The notes: generated from the sequence alone by a model not told the origin. Counted from the whole stretch's first letter, positions 28,749-39,544 are shown. The stretch: DNA of 62,938 nucleotides, filler included, from Candidatus Eiseniibacteriota bacterium (GCA_043809585.1; 5 parts of 5 records of this genome joined end to end with filler, not necessarily neighbours in it); one strand, 5' to 3'. Translations and numbers: made by a program.

Positions 28749-29525
28749 ATGACGCGGACAATCCGGATCACCCGCCACACGGCCAAGGGTCGCGAGCAGT
28801 GCGAGGACATGCTCGTCCGGGAAGAACGGTTCGATTTGCTCCTCAATGGAAGACTTCTCGTAGGGCTCGTGTGCCTGCCGAGCGACCTCCAAGCCTTCGT
28901 TGTCGGCTTCCTCGTTAACGAGGGGATTCTGGCCCCGCCGTACGAGGTGGACGTCCAAGTCGACATGAAATCGGGCAAGTTGGAGGCGCGCGGCGAATTC
29001 GATGCCGATGCGATGGACGACTTCTTCAGAAAGAGAACGCTCACGTCCGGGTGCGGGGGCGGCGTGGCAGGTAGAGACCTCGACGCGCCCGGTCGCTGTC
29101 TAAAAGTGGAGACCGACTTCCGGGTCCAGGCGGACAAGATTCTGGCGTTCATGCGCGTCCTGAAGCGGGAGGCTTCGCTGTACAAGCTGACGGGGGGCGC
29201 ACACATTGCGGCGCTGGCCGATGATCAGGGGCAGCTCCTGCTCACCGCCCAGGACATCGGACGGCACAGCGCGGTGGATAAGGTGATCGGAAAGGCGCTC
29301 CTCTCCGGCCTCGATCCCGGCCAATGCATGCTCTTCTCTTCGGGAAGACTCTCCTCGGAAATCACGGTGAAGGCGATCCATGCGCACGCGCCGGTTCTCG
29401 TCTCCCGGGCGGCGCCTACGGATCTGTCCGTGAAACTCGCCAGGCGGTTTCTCCTCACGTTAGTCGGCTTCGCACGTGGCAATCGGATGAACATTTACTC
29501 GGTGGCCGAACGGATCCTCGGCTAG
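28749..29525 (+). CDS. fdhD: Formate dehydrogenase accessory sulfurtransferase
   Basis: TSGCGGG, TGGAH, DIGRHSAVDKVIG, SGRLSSE, GFARG; start uncertain (28635/28665/28749). Confidence 0.88.
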   Translation: MTRTIRITRHTAKGREQCEDMLVREERFDLLLNGRLLVGLVCLPSDLQAFVVGFLVNEGILAPPYEVDVQVDMKSGKLEARGEFDADAMDDFFRKRTLTSGCGGGVAGRDLDAPGRCLKVETDFRVQADKILAFMRVLKREASLYKLTGGAHIAALADDQGQLLLTAQDIGRHSAVDKVIGKALLSGLDPGQCMLFSSGRLSSEITVKAIHAHAPVLVSRAAPTDLSVKLARRFLLTLVGFARGNRMNIYSVAERILG

Positions 29526-29737
29526 AGAGCCTCGATCAGGCAGGACGATTCGTCCCGCGCCGCGGCCCGACCGCCTCACTCCATCTGCCGGTTGGGCTAG
29601 CGCAAGTTCCGCAGTTCGGGGGGTGGTTTTGAGGTTTTTCAACGACTTACGGGGTCGAGTCGGCACTACATTTTGGAGATTCCGGGAGGCGTGCGGAGTC
29701 GTTGGGGGAGGCGGAGCCCGAGGCGATCGAGGAGCAG

Positions 29738-29837
29738 NNNNNNNNNNNNNNNNNNNNNNNNNNNNNNNNNNNNNNNNNNNNTTAATTAATTAANNNNNNN
29801 NNNNNNNNNNNNNNNNNNNNNNNNNNNNNNNNNNNNN
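29738..29837. other. Artificial contig linker
   Basis: N + TTAATTAATTAA + N. Confidence 0.98.
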
Positions 29838-29978
29838 GCAAGGCCCGGCGGCTGCGTACTCGGGTAAAAACGTCCTCAATGGCCTTCTTAGGCCACCTCC
29901 GGGCGTTTTCCCCCTTGATCCTTGCCGCCGGACCTTTCGCTCGATCTCGCGACGAAGGAGGTTGTGAAACCGATTCTA
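29838..29978 (+). mobile_element. MITE family A, copy carrying the right TIR
   Basis: Same core as the other two copies; ends GGAGGTTGTGAAACCGATTCTA. Confidence 0.8.
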
Positions 29979-30216
29979 CACGGAACCACTCCGAAAGCCT
30001 CTGGAATCGAGAGGGCGGGGATGCCGGCGTGGTGATCATCGGTGGAGACGACGCTTCCCGCCTTTTTCGCCGCCCACCAGCCCCCACTTTCCCTATCGCC
30101 CCACCTGTGAGATACTTCTTCCGCCAAGAACCCTCGCCTCCCCGCTCCCCGGCGGCGCGTCGGGCGGCGGGAACGGACCCCGTCGACACCGGCACCCGCC
30201 GGACGGGAGCCACCCC

Positions 30217-33200
30217 ATGAAGGACGCCCGGAAAACCAAGGCCCGGCTCATCCAGGAGCTGGAGGAGCTGCGCCGCCTCCGGGAGAAAGAGGGGGTCGGG
30301 GAGTCCTCCGTCGAGAGCCGGTGCCGGACGATCCTCGAGCACGCGCCCCAGATCATCATCGAGCTCGACGAAGAGGGAATTATCCTCTACGCCAACCGGA
30401 CCCTCTCCGGACACCCCGTGGAATCCATCCTCGGCCGGGAGGGGGCGGAACTCCTGCCCCCCGAGAGCCGGGACCGGTTCCGCGCCGAGTTTCGCAGGAT
30501 CATGAAGACGGGCGAACCGCTCAGTCTCACCGTCCCCGACCTCCTTCTCGGAGGAAAGCGATTCGACATCGTCGTCCACGTCCGCCCGATTCTCGAGGAG
30601 GGAAGACCACCCACCGCGTCGGCCATCGTCGACGACGTGACGGAACGCACCCGGATCGAGCGTTCTCTTCAAAGCCACCTCGAAATCGAACAGCTTCTCG
30701 TGAGCATATCCTCGGAGTTCATCGACTCCGACTGGGACCAGAAGGACCGACTGGTGGAGCGGGCTTTCGAGAAGATCGGACCGGTCGTCGGCGCCGACCG
30801 GGTGGTCCTGTTCCTGTTCTCCGAGGACGGGCAACGTTTCTTCTTGAACCATCACTGGAGTCGCGAGGCGTCGCCGGATCCGCCGTCCGCGCCCGGGGGT
30901 TTCGCGTGCGCCGACTTTCCATGGACCGTCAGGAGAATGAAGAACGGCGAAGAGTCATTCATCAAGGACATCGAGGACATCCCCCCGGCCGAGGAGGGGG
31001 ACCGAAGGCTGTTCCGGGAGAGCGGCCTTGAGGCTCTTCTGGACCTACCCCTGGGCGCCGGGGACCGGGCGGTCGGTTTCGTCGGATTCGGGTGGGCACG
31101 GAAGATCGACGATGTTCCCCCCCGCACGCGATTCGCCCTCCGGGCACTTGCCCAGATCCTGGGCGGCGCCATCATCCGCTCTTGGTCGGAGGCCCGGGCC
31201 CGCCGGTCCGAGCGCGTCTATCGATCGCTCGTCGAGCAATCATTGGCCGGCGTTCTCGTGGTTCAAGGGACGCCCCCCCGCATCGTCTTCGCCAACCACG
31301 CCGCCGCGGACATGGTGAAACTTCCCGTGGAACGGATTATCCACTTGACGCCAGACGAACTGGATCGGTTCATTCCGCCCGAGCTGCGGGAGTCCGTGTT
31401 CGCGAACTACCGCCGGAGGATCGCGGGGGAAATCGATACATCCCGCTTCGAGCTCCCCATCCTTCTCCCGTCCGGTGAAACCCGTACCCTCGACATCTTC
31501 GTCAGCCCGATTCGGTTCGAAGGGGAGAAAGCGTCCCAGGTCATTTTTGTCGACGTCACGGCCCGGAAAGAAGCGGAATCGGCCCTCGAGCAGAGCGAAG
31601 AGCGATACATGGCCTTGACCGAATCGGCCAAGGAGATGATTTTCACCGTCGATCGGGACATGAGGATGATCTACGTCAACCCCGCCTTCGCCCGGGCCGA
31701 CGGGAGGGACCGGGAGGAGATCGAGGGGCGCATCATCGACGAGCTGCTTCCCCCGGAAATCGCCCGCGATGGACTCGCGGGCGTCCGCAAGGTGTTCGAG
31801 AGTGGGAAGCCGGAAGACACCCTCGTCTCGTTCCGTTGGAACGGCCGCGAAGTCAACCTCGAGATCTCCCTGGTACCATGCCGCGAGAGATCCGGAAGGC
31901 CCCATCAGGTTCTTTGCATCGGGCGGGACGTCACGGAGCGTTTGTCGACGGAGAAGGCGCTCCGCGCGAGCGAGGAGAAATACCGCACGCTCGCGGAGTC
32001 TTCCACGGACTTCATCTCTCTCTTCGGCTCGGATCGGCGCTTGCGGTACATGAACCGGCATCTCAAGAACCGAATGGGCCCATCGGCCGAAGCGGCGACC
32101 GGCAAGACGATCGAAGAGATCCTCGACCCGGAACTCGCGAGCGAATCGCGGGGGAACATGGAGAAGGCGATCGCGTCGGGAGAGGCCGTGATCTCGGAAC
32201 AGAGGATCACTCAAGACGGACCCCCGATCTGGACGAATTCCACACTCATTCCGATTCGGGACGAAGACGGAGAGTATACCTCGGTGATGGTGGTATCCCG
32301 GGACATCACGGAACTGAAGGCGAAGGAGATAGCCCTCCGGGAGAGCGAGGAGAAATACCGGGCCCTCGCGGAGTCGGCGACGGATCTCGTTTTCGTTTAC
32401 GACCGGGCCCTGGAGGTGACCTATGTGAACGAGGCGTCGGCGAACGCCTTCCAGACGTCGCCCGATCGTCTCGTCGGTAGGCGGATCGAACATCTCTTTC
32501 CGGATCCCCTCGCCGATGTGTTCCGGGAGAACATCCAAAGAGTATTCGACTCGGGAAAGGAGTACACGGCGGAGCGGGAAGTCGATTTCCACGGCGTCCG
32601 CCGCTGGCTCCAAACGACCCTGACACCCCTCCGCTCCGGCGCCGGCGAGATCTTCAGCGTCATGGGGGTCTCCCGGGACACCACGGAACGGAAACAGGCG
32701 GAAGAAGAGCTGAAGCGCTCCGAGGAGCGGCTCCGGGCGGTATTCGAAAATGCGACCTACGGATTCGCCATCGCCGACCGGGAAACCTCGCGCCTCTTCA
32801 TGACGAACCGCCGGTTCCAGGAAATGACCGGTTACTCCGAAGAGGCGCTGCGCGGTTTCCCCGTCGCCGATCTACACCCTCCGGCCAATCGTGATGAATT
32901 CCGTAACGGCTGGGAGCAAGAGGGGGAACTGTCCCGGCTCTTCTCGGATGTTCCCATGTTGCGGAAGGGGGGAACCGTCTTCTACGCGGACATCAGCGAC
33001 GTGAAGATCGAGATCGGCGAAAGGCCGTACATGTTCGCCATCGTGCAGGACATCACGAAGAGGAGGGAAGCGGAGCGGGCCCTTCGGGAATCCCAGGAAC
33101 TCCTCGCGAAGACCTTCGACAGCCTGGTGGACGCGGTCTTCATCGTCGACAAGGAGAAGATGGTCATCACCGATTGCAACTCCGCGGTGAAGAACGTCTT

Positions 33201-34227
33201 CGGTTACACCCGGATGGATTGCGTCGGCAATCATCCCTCCATGCTTCTGCCGTCGGAGGCGGACCTTCCCGCCTTCCGAGAATTGCTCATCAAGACCATC
33301 GACCGGTACGGGGTGATGAAGAACCACGAGATGCTCATGAAACGGAAAAACGGCGTGGTCTTCCCCGTTTCCCACACCGTCGTGCCCCTTTACGACGAAT
33401 CGGGCGGGAATTTCGGGTGGATCAGCGTCTCCCGGGACATCACCGACCGGGTGGAGGCGGAGAGGGAGCGGAATCACTACACGGAGATACTGGAGGAGCG
33501 CGTCCGGGAGCGGGCCCGCCAGATCGAACTGCTCGAGGCGAAGAGGGCCCAGGACGAGAAGCTCGTCGCCGTCGCCCACATGGCGGCGCGGATCGCCCAC
33601 GAGATCAAGAACCCCCTCGGGGGAATCCAGAATTCCCTTACGCTGATCGGAGACGCCGTCGACCGGGAGCACAAATACGCCCGGTACCTCGACGTGGCGG
33701 AGCACGAGATCGACCGGATCGTGGAGATCGTGGCCCAGATGTTCAAGCTCTACCGCCCGATCCACGAGAAATCGGCGCAGGTCCACGTCCGGGGATTTCT
33801 CGAGGAGATCCGCGCGCTCTTGACGCCCGAAGCGGAGAGGGGGCGCGTGACCCTCCGCTGCGAGGTCGGGACCGAGAACGCCGCCGTCCGGATCCCCGGG
33901 GGGCTCCTCAGCGAGATCCTTCACAATCTGGTTCGGAACGCGATCGAGGCGTCGCCGGACGGGGGCCTCGTCACCGTCCGGCTCGACCGAGAGGACCACA
34001 CCCTCGTGATCCGCGTCTCCGACGAGGGCCGGGGGATCCCCGAGAAGGACCGGGACCGGATCTTCGAACCCTTCTTCACCACCAAAGGGGAGGAACGAAC
34101 CGGAGGGCTCGGTCTCGGCCTTTCCATCGTGCGGGCGAATATCGGCGCCCTCGGGGGGACAATCGAACTGGAAACGGAAGAGGGGCGGGGCACGACGTTC
34201 CGCGTCACCCTTCCGATCGGCGAATAG
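30217..34227 (+). CDS. Cytoplasmic sensor histidine kinase (PAS-GAF-6xPAS-HisKA-HATPase)
   Basis: Repeated PAC ends D(I/V/T)T.RK; AHEIKNPL, NLVRNA, DEGRGI, FFTTK, GLGLGL; no TM segment. Confidence 0.93.
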   Translation: MKDARKTKARLIQELEELRRLREKEGVGESSVESRCRTILEHAPQIIIELDEEGIILYANRTLSGHPVESILGREGAELLPPESRDRFRAEFRRIMKTGEPLSLTVPDLLLGGKRFDIVVHVRPILEEGRPPTASAIVDDVTERTRIERSLQSHLEIEQLLVSISSEFIDSDWDQKDRLVERAFEKIGPVVGADRVVLFLFSEDGQRFFLNHHWSREASPDPPSAPGGFACADFPWTVRRMKNGEESFIKDIEDIPPAEEGDRRLFRESGLEALLDLPLGAGDRAVGFVGFGWARKIDDVPPRTRFALRALAQILGGAIIRSWSEARARRSERVYRSLVEQSLAGVLVVQGTPPRIVFANHAAADMVKLPVERIIHLTPDELDRFIPPELRESVFANYRRRIAGEIDTSRFELPILLPSGETRTLDIFVSPIRFEGEKASQVIFVDVTARKEAESALEQSEERYMALTESAKEMIFTVDRDMRMIYVNPAFARADGRDREEIEGRIIDELLPPEIARDGLAGVRKVFESGKPEDTLVSFRWNGREVNLEISLVPCRERSGRPHQVLCIGRDVTERLSTEKALRASEEKYRTLAESSTDFISLFGSDRRLRYMNRHLKNRMGPSAEAATGKTIEEILDPELASESRGNMEKAIASGEAVISEQRITQDGPPIWTNSTLIPIRDEDGEYTSVMVVSRDITELKAKEIALRESEEKYRALAESATDLVFVYDRALEVTYVNEASANAFQTSPDRLVGRRIEHLFPDPLADVFRENIQRVFDSGKEYTAEREVDFHGVRRWLQTTLTPLRSGAGEIFSVMGVSRDTTERKQAEEELKRSEERLRAVFENATYGFAIADRETSRLFMTNRRFQEMTGYSEEALRGFPVADLHPPANRDEFRNGWEQEGELSRLFSDVPMLRKGGTVFYADISDVKIEIGERPYMFAIVQDITKRREAERALRESQELLAKTFDSLVDAVFIVDKEKMVITDCNSAVKNVFGYTRMDCVGNHPSMLLPSEADLPAFRELLIKTIDRYGVMKNHEMLMKRKNGVVFPVSHTVVPLYDESGGNFGWISVSRDITDRVEAERERNHYTEILEERVRERARQIELLEAKRAQDEKLVAVAHMAARIAHEIKNPLGGIQNSLTLIGDAVDREHKYARYLDVAEHEIDRIVEIVAQMFKLYRPIHEKSAQVHVRGFLEEIRALLTPEAERGRVTLRCEVGTENAAVRIPGGLLSEILHNLVRNAIEASPDGGLVTVRLDREDHTLVIRVSDEGRGIPEKDRDRIFEPFFTTKGEERTGGLGLGLSIVRANIGALGGTIELETEEGRGTTFRVTLPIGE

Positions 34228-34236
34228 GAGGTCGGG

Positions 34237-35016
34237 ATGGACGAGAGGGGCCGCATTCTGGTGGCCGACGATATCGAAGCCCACCGGCAAACGACGGCGG
34301 AACTCCTCCGCCGGGCCGGATACGCCTGCGACACGGCCCCCGACGGGCCCTCCGCCGCCGCCCTCATCCGGACCAACGAATACGACGTGCTCGTGGCGGA
34401 CATCAAGATGCCGGGAAATTACGATTTGGAGCTGATCAAGGACCTGCCGAATCTCGCCGAGGGCCTGCAGGCGATTCTCATCACCGGCTTTCCTTCCCAC
34501 GAAACGGCCGCCGCGGGATACGACCTCCCGGTGGCGGGCTACGTGGAGAAACCGATCAAGCTCGAGGAGCTTCTCGACCGGGTCGAAAAGGCGATCCGGA
34601 AATACCGCGCCTATCGCCGGCTCCGGGGGACGCGCCGGGAGCTCGGTGAGTGGAACCGCACCCTCGACGAGGTGATGTCCTCCCTCCGCAGCCCGGGGGC
34701 CGGCCCCGTCTCCATCGACGCCTACCTGGCGCTCTCCTTCGGGAACATCATGAGGGGCCTCACCGAACTCAGGGAGCTGACCAAGACGCTCATCGGGGAG
34801 GGAGAGCCGACGCCGGCCTGCCGGCTCTTCCAATGTCCCCGGATCGACGCGGTGACGGCCACGGTACAGGAGACCGCCGACATTCTCGAAGGGACGAAAC
34901 GCTTCGTGAAATCGCCGGAAATCGCCGTGGCCCGGCAAGACTTGGAGCGGCTCCTCGACGAACTCCGCCGATGGTACCCGGGGAGGGACCCCGGCGTCTC
35001 CGGCGACAGCCTCTGA
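34237..35016 (+). CDS. Response regulator with uncharacterised C-terminal domain
   Basis: ILVADD, ADIKMPG, ITG, EKP; RBS GGAGG. Confidence 0.88.
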   Translation: MDERGRILVADDIEAHRQTTAELLRRAGYACDTAPDGPSAAALIRTNEYDVLVADIKMPGNYDLELIKDLPNLAEGLQAILITGFPSHETAAAGYDLPVAGYVEKPIKLEELLDRVEKAIRKYRAYRRLRGTRRELGEWNRTLDEVMSSLRSPGAGPVSIDAYLALSFGNIMRGLTELRELTKTLIGEGEPTPACRLFQCPRIDAVTATVQETADILEGTKRFVKSPEIAVARQDLERLLDELRRWYPGRDPGVSGDSL

Positions 35017-35048
35017 TCTCGCCACGGCGCGTTCGAACACGCGCCCCG

Positions 35049-36461
35049 CTACGCCTTGGCGACGTGGATCAGGTTGGTCGTGCCCGGCACGTGGAGGGGA
35101 AGACCGGCGGTGACCACCACTGGCTCTCCCGAGCGGACGAGCCCCGATTCGCGGGCGACCCGGACCGCCTCGGCCCGCCAATCCCCGTCCGAACCGCCCC
35201 GGGGAATGCACACCGGAACCACGCCCCAGATAAGAGCGAGCCGCCGATACGTCTCTTCATCGGGCGTCACGGCGAGTACGGGCTGGCGGGGCCGGTGCTT
35301 GGCGACGAGGCGGGTCGTGCTCCCCGACCCGGTCCAGGTAACGATCGCCGCGGCGCCGATGCGGGACGCCATCTCGCACGCCGAGTGGGCCACCGCCTCC
35401 TCCACGGTGACGCCGGGGGCATCGCCGTAGCGAACCGCCCACGTATCGTAGGGGAAATAACGCTCCGTTTCGGCCGCGATCTTCGCCATCATGGCGACCG
35501 CCTCCGCCGGGTAGCGGCCGACGGCGGTCTCCTCCGACAACATCACCCCGTCGCTCCCGTCCAGAATCGCGTTCGCCACGTCGGTCACTTCCGCCCGGGT
35601 CGGCCGCGGGCTCTCGACCATGGACCGGAGCATCTGGGTCGCCGTGATCACTGGCTTCCCGGCCCGGTTCGCCTCCGCGATGAGGTCCTTCTGCACCCGG
35701 GGGACCCGCTCGATGGGGATCTCCACGCCGAGATCACCCCGGGCGATCATGACGGCTTCCACGGCGCCGACGATCTCGTGCATCCGATCCACCGCCTCGT
35801 GCTTCTCGATCTTCGCGATGATCGGGGCGCTTCTCCCGAACTCCTCCATGAAGCAGCGGGCCTCGGCCACGTCCTTCGCGCTCCGGACGAAGGAGAGGGC
35901 GACGAAGTCGACGCCCCGGCCCAGACCGAAGGCGAGGTCGGCTCTGTCCTTATCGCTCAGGATCGGCGCGTGGACCGAACGGGCGGGCAGGTTGATGCCC
36001 TTGTGGGAGCTGAGCGGGCCGCCGATGACGACGCGGCAGCGGATGTCGGGGGCCCGGGTCTCCTCGACAACGAGCTCGATCTGTCCGTCGCTGAGGAGCA
36101 GCGAGTCGCCGGGGCGGACGTCGCCCGGGAGCTCCTTGTAGGTGAGGGAGACCTCCCGCCCGTCGCCCGGCACGTCCCGGGCGGTCAACACCAGCGCATC
36201 CCCCGGCTCCAAATCCACGGAGCCCTTCGCGATCGGTCCGATGCGGATCTTCGGACCCGCGAGATCTTGGAGAATCGCGAGGGAGCGGCCCCCTTCCTCG
36301 CCGATCCGGCGGAGGCGGTCGATGACCTCGCCGTGCTCCTCACGGGTGCCGTGGGAGAAATTGAGCCGGGCCACGTTCATGCCCGCGTCGAACAGCATTC
36401 GAAGCATCTCCGGCGACCTCGTGGCCGGACCGACGGTGCACACGATCTTCGTCCGGTTCAT
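35049..36461 (-). CDS. pyk: Pyruvate kinase
   Basis: RTKIVCTVGPA, ARLNFSHG, AKIE, MIARGDLGVE, TATQML, MLSEETA. Confidence 0.96.
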   Translation of the reverse strand: MNRTKIVCTVGPATRSPEMLRMLFDAGMNVARLNFSHGTREEHGEVIDRLRRIGEEGGRSLAILQDLAGPKIRIGPIAKGSVDLEPGDALVLTARDVPGDGREVSLTYKELPGDVRPGDSLLLSDGQIELVVEETRAPDIRCRVVIGGPLSSHKGINLPARSVHAPILSDKDRADLAFGLGRGVDFVALSFVRSAKDVAEARCFMEEFGRSAPIIAKIEKHEAVDRMHEIVGAVEAVMIARGDLGVEIPIERVPRVQKDLIAEANRAGKPVITATQMLRSMVESPRPTRAEVTDVANAILDGSDGVMLSEETAVGRYPAEAVAMMAKIAAETERYFPYDTWAVRYGDAPGVTVEEAVAHSACEMASRIGAAAIVTWTGSGSTTRLVAKHRPRQPVLAVTPDEETYRRLALIWGVVPVCIPRGGSDGDWRAEAVRVARESGLVRSGEPVVVTAGLPLHVPGTTNLIHVAKA

Positions 36462-36739
36462 GGCTCCCTCCCCGCCGGTCGCATCATGCCAGGGCCCGCA
36501 GCGCGGGGCGAGAAAAATCGAGGCGCCGCACCGGGGATGTAGGTCCGTTATGTCCGTCACGCGGCAACGGGCATTGGGGACGCGGTTTCGTTGAGTACGA
36601 TTGGCAGGTCTCCGGGTCCCCACATGGAAACGAAACGAACGGAACTACGTCCCTGAGAACCCGGGGACATCCGGAACACCCGGTGATAGAATCGGCCTTG
36701 CCCGCGGCGAACCGGCCCGCGCGGCTCGGAGGGGACCCG

Positions 36740-37618
36740 GTGACGCGCCAGACCCGAGCATACGTTCTCGCCCTCGCGGCCGTCCTCTGCTGGTCCACCG
36801 TGGCGAGCGCCTTCAAACTCACCCTTCGTCACACCGACCCGCTGGCCATGCTCCTCTGGTCGTCCCTCGCGTCCACCCTCTTCCTTTTCGCGGTCCGGTT
36901 CGCCCGGGGGATCGGGAGGACGCGCCCCTCCCTGGCGGAAGGGTGGAAGCTCTCGGCTGTGAACGGCTTCCTCAATCCCTTCCTATACTATGCCGTTCTC
37001 TTCCGGGCGTACGACGTCCTCCCCGCCCAGGAGGCGCAGCCCCTGAACTACACCTGGCCGATCATGGTGGTGCTCCTCTCGGCCCCCATGCTCGGCCAGA
37101 AGATCCGGCCCCTCGGGCTGGTCGCGATCCTCGTCAGTTTCGCCGGCGTGCTCATCATCTCGACACGGGGGGACGTGCTCGGGCTTCGCTTTACGAACGG
37201 GCCGGGGGCGGCCCTCGCGGTCGGGAGTTCCGTGATCTGGGCGCTCTACTGGATCCGAAACATGAAGGACCGGCGGGAGCCGGTGACGAAACTGGCGATG
37301 AACTTTCTCTTCGGCACCATCTACATCGCGTTGCTCCACGCAGGGCTCGGGCGATGGCCGGACGCGGGCGGGGGCATGGCCCTCGCCGGATGCGCCTACA
37401 TCGGACTCTTCGAGATGGGTTTCGCCTTCATCCTCTGGCTGAACGCCATGAGCCTCTCGGAGACGTCGGCGAAGGTGAGCAACCTCGTCTTCCTCTCCCC
37501 CTTCATCTCCCTCCTCTTCATCCGCCTCATCGTGGGGGAGACGATCTTCCCCTCGTCGATCCTCGGTCTCACCGTGATCGTTCTGGGAATCGGGATTCAG
37601 AAGAGATGCGACGGGTGA
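36740..37618 (+). CDS. DMT/EamA family transporter
   Basis: About 10 TM segments; WSTVASAFK, LNYTWP; GTG with GGAGG RBS. Confidence 0.88.
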   Translation: MTRQTRAYVLALAAVLCWSTVASAFKLTLRHTDPLAMLLWSSLASTLFLFAVRFARGIGRTRPSLAEGWKLSAVNGFLNPFLYYAVLFRAYDVLPAQEAQPLNYTWPIMVVLLSAPMLGQKIRPLGLVAILVSFAGVLIISTRGDVLGLRFTNGPGAALAVGSSVIWALYWIRNMKDRREPVTKLAMNFLFGTIYIALLHAGLGRWPDAGGGMALAGCAYIGLFEMGFAFILWLNAMSLSETSAKVSNLVFLSPFISLLFIRLIVGETIFPSSILGLTVIVLGIGIQKRCDG

Positions 37619-37623
37619 GTTAT

Positions 37624-37790
37624 TAGAACCGGTTTTACAACCTCCATTTTACTACGATCGGCTGCAAGGCCCGGCGGCTGCGTACTCGGGTAAAAACGTC
37701 CTCAATGGCCTTCTTAGGCCACCTCCGGGCGTTTTCCCCCTTGATCCTTGCCGCCGGACCTTTCGCTCGATCTCGCGACGAAGGAGGTTG
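37624..37790 (+). mobile_element. MITE family A, copy carrying the left TIR
   Basis: Starts TAGAACCGGTTTTACAACCTCC; runs into the contig end. Confidence 0.8.
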
Positions 37791-37890
37791 NNNNNNNNNN
37801 NNNNNNNNNNNNNNNNNNNNNNNNNNNNNNNNNNTTAATTAATTAANNNNNNNNNNNNNNNNNNNNNNNNNNNNNNNNNNNNNNNNNNNN
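37791..37890. other. Artificial contig linker
   Basis: N + TTAATTAATTAA + N. Confidence 0.98.
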
Positions 37891-38029
37891 CTAGGGCTTA
37901 TCGCTTCGATGGGCGCGATAAGCCCAACTGCCCGACGGGTCCCTGCCTCCGGTGGCGGCTCGTCCAAGTCGGCTTCTCGTCAGGCGATCCGAGCCCTCGT
38001 GACGGAGATTCATGCATAATCCAGGCTAG
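37891..38029. repeat. CTAG-bounded repeat, family B
   Basis: CTAG at both ends; hairpin GGGCTTATCGC..GCGATAAGCCC; similar to 1..57 and 13384..13430. Confidence 0.65.
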
Positions 38030-38332
38030 GAACCCTCGCCGCCGCGGGAAAGGACCGCTCCCTTCCGCTTCCCCTTCGCCCTTGAAACGCCCGCGCGGGT
38101 CCGGATACAATTCCCCCGGGCCGTCCGATCCGAGCCGGCCCCCGAAACTCCGAGAATCCTGTTCCGGAAGAGGTTCTGATCCCGGTTCTCGCCCCGGCAC
38201 GGGACCGCGGCGCGCGGTGCGCGCGGCCCGCTCATCGCCTCCTATTCCCGCCGGGGCCTCGGGCGCGGGGATCGACTTCTCCCTCCCGATCGTGTTCGCC
38301 CCGGGCGATGGCCCTCAAGCGAGGAGTACCGA

Positions 38333-39544
38333 ATGAGCAAGGTGGAACCCATTCTCCCGAAAGCGCGGATCCCGTACGGCACGTGGGGGAGCAGCTACTT
38401 CCCGGCCTGGCAGACCTCGGCCCTCGCGGAGGTGAACATCGGCCAGTTCGCGGGCGAAGCGATGAACCACATCCTGGGCCTGCGATCGGTTCCGGTGCAC
38501 GAACTCGACTACCTCGTCACGGGATCCACGAGTCCGTGGCACTGGAAGTTCTGGAACTCGCCGCTCCTCGCGACGTTCCTCGACAACCGCATCCCGGGGT
38601 CCCACGTCGAACAGGCGTGCGCCACGGGGCTTCAGGCGATCTTCGCCGCCGCCGCCGAAGTCGAGGCGGGCGCCCACGAAGTCACCGGCGTCCTCACCTT
38701 CGATCGAACGAGCGACTCCCCCGTCGGCGTCTTCCCCGAGCGCCGCGCCTACGAACGAACGATGGCCATTTCCGACGTGTGGGACAACTTCGGATTCGAT
38801 CCGGCGACCGGGAAGGCGATGATCACCTGCGCCGGCGTCGCGGCCCGGAAGCATCGGTGCGACCGCCGGGAGGTGGACGAACTGACGATGCACCGGTACG
38901 AGCAGTACTTCCGCGCCAAGGAGTCGGGCTTTCTGGGTCGCGCCCTCGTCCCTCTCGAGGTTCTAAGCGTGCAGGGCCGCTTCCTCGGGCGGGTCGACGA
39001 CGATCTCGGCGTCCGGCCCGTCACTCTCGGCGGTCTTCGATCGATGCGGGAGCTCGACACGTGCATCACACCCGGAACACAGACCCACGCGTCGGACGGG
39101 ATGGCGACGCTCCTCGTCACGACCGCCGGAAAAGCGGCCGAGCTCAGCACCCGGCCCGAGATCTCCATCCGATTCTTGGCGAAAACGGACGTGCGGACCT
39201 ATCCGAGCCTCATGCCCGAGGCGCCGGCGATGGTCGTCCAAAAACTCCTCGACCGGACGGGCCTCTCGATGGACGACATGGCGGTGGTGAAGAACCACAA
39301 TCCGTTCGCCGTCAATGACGCGATCTTCGCGAAGGTGCTCGGCTACGACTGGCGGAAGATGAACGAAACCGGTTGCCCCCTCGTTTGGGGGCACCCGCAA
39401 GGCCCGACGCTCACCCGTGTCGTGATCGAAGCGCTCGAGGAGGCGGTCGACCTCGGGGGAGGTCGTGTGCTCGTCTTTGGATGCGCCGCGGGCGACGTGG
39501 CGATAGGCGCGATCTTCGAGGTCACCGATGGAGGGCGCGAATGA
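38333..39544 (+). CDS. Thiolase, BamN-like subfamily found in anaerobic benzoate clusters
   Basis: QACATG; variant motifs KNHNPFAVND, GHPQGPT, GCAAGD. Confidence 0.85.
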   Translation: MSKVEPILPKARIPYGTWGSSYFPAWQTSALAEVNIGQFAGEAMNHILGLRSVPVHELDYLVTGSTSPWHWKFWNSPLLATFLDNRIPGSHVEQACATGLQAIFAAAAEVEAGAHEVTGVLTFDRTSDSPVGVFPERRAYERTMAISDVWDNFGFDPATGKAMITCAGVAARKHRCDRREVDELTMHRYEQYFRAKESGFLGRALVPLEVLSVQGRFLGRVDDDLGVRPVTLGGLRSMRELDTCITPGTQTHASDGMATLLVTTAGKAAELSTRPEISIRFLAKTDVRTYPSLMPEAPAMVVQKLLDRTGLSMDDMAVVKNHNPFAVNDAIFAKVLGYDWRKMNETGCPLVWGHPQGPTLTRVVIEALEEAVDLGGGRVLVFGCAAGDVAIGAIFEVTDGGRE

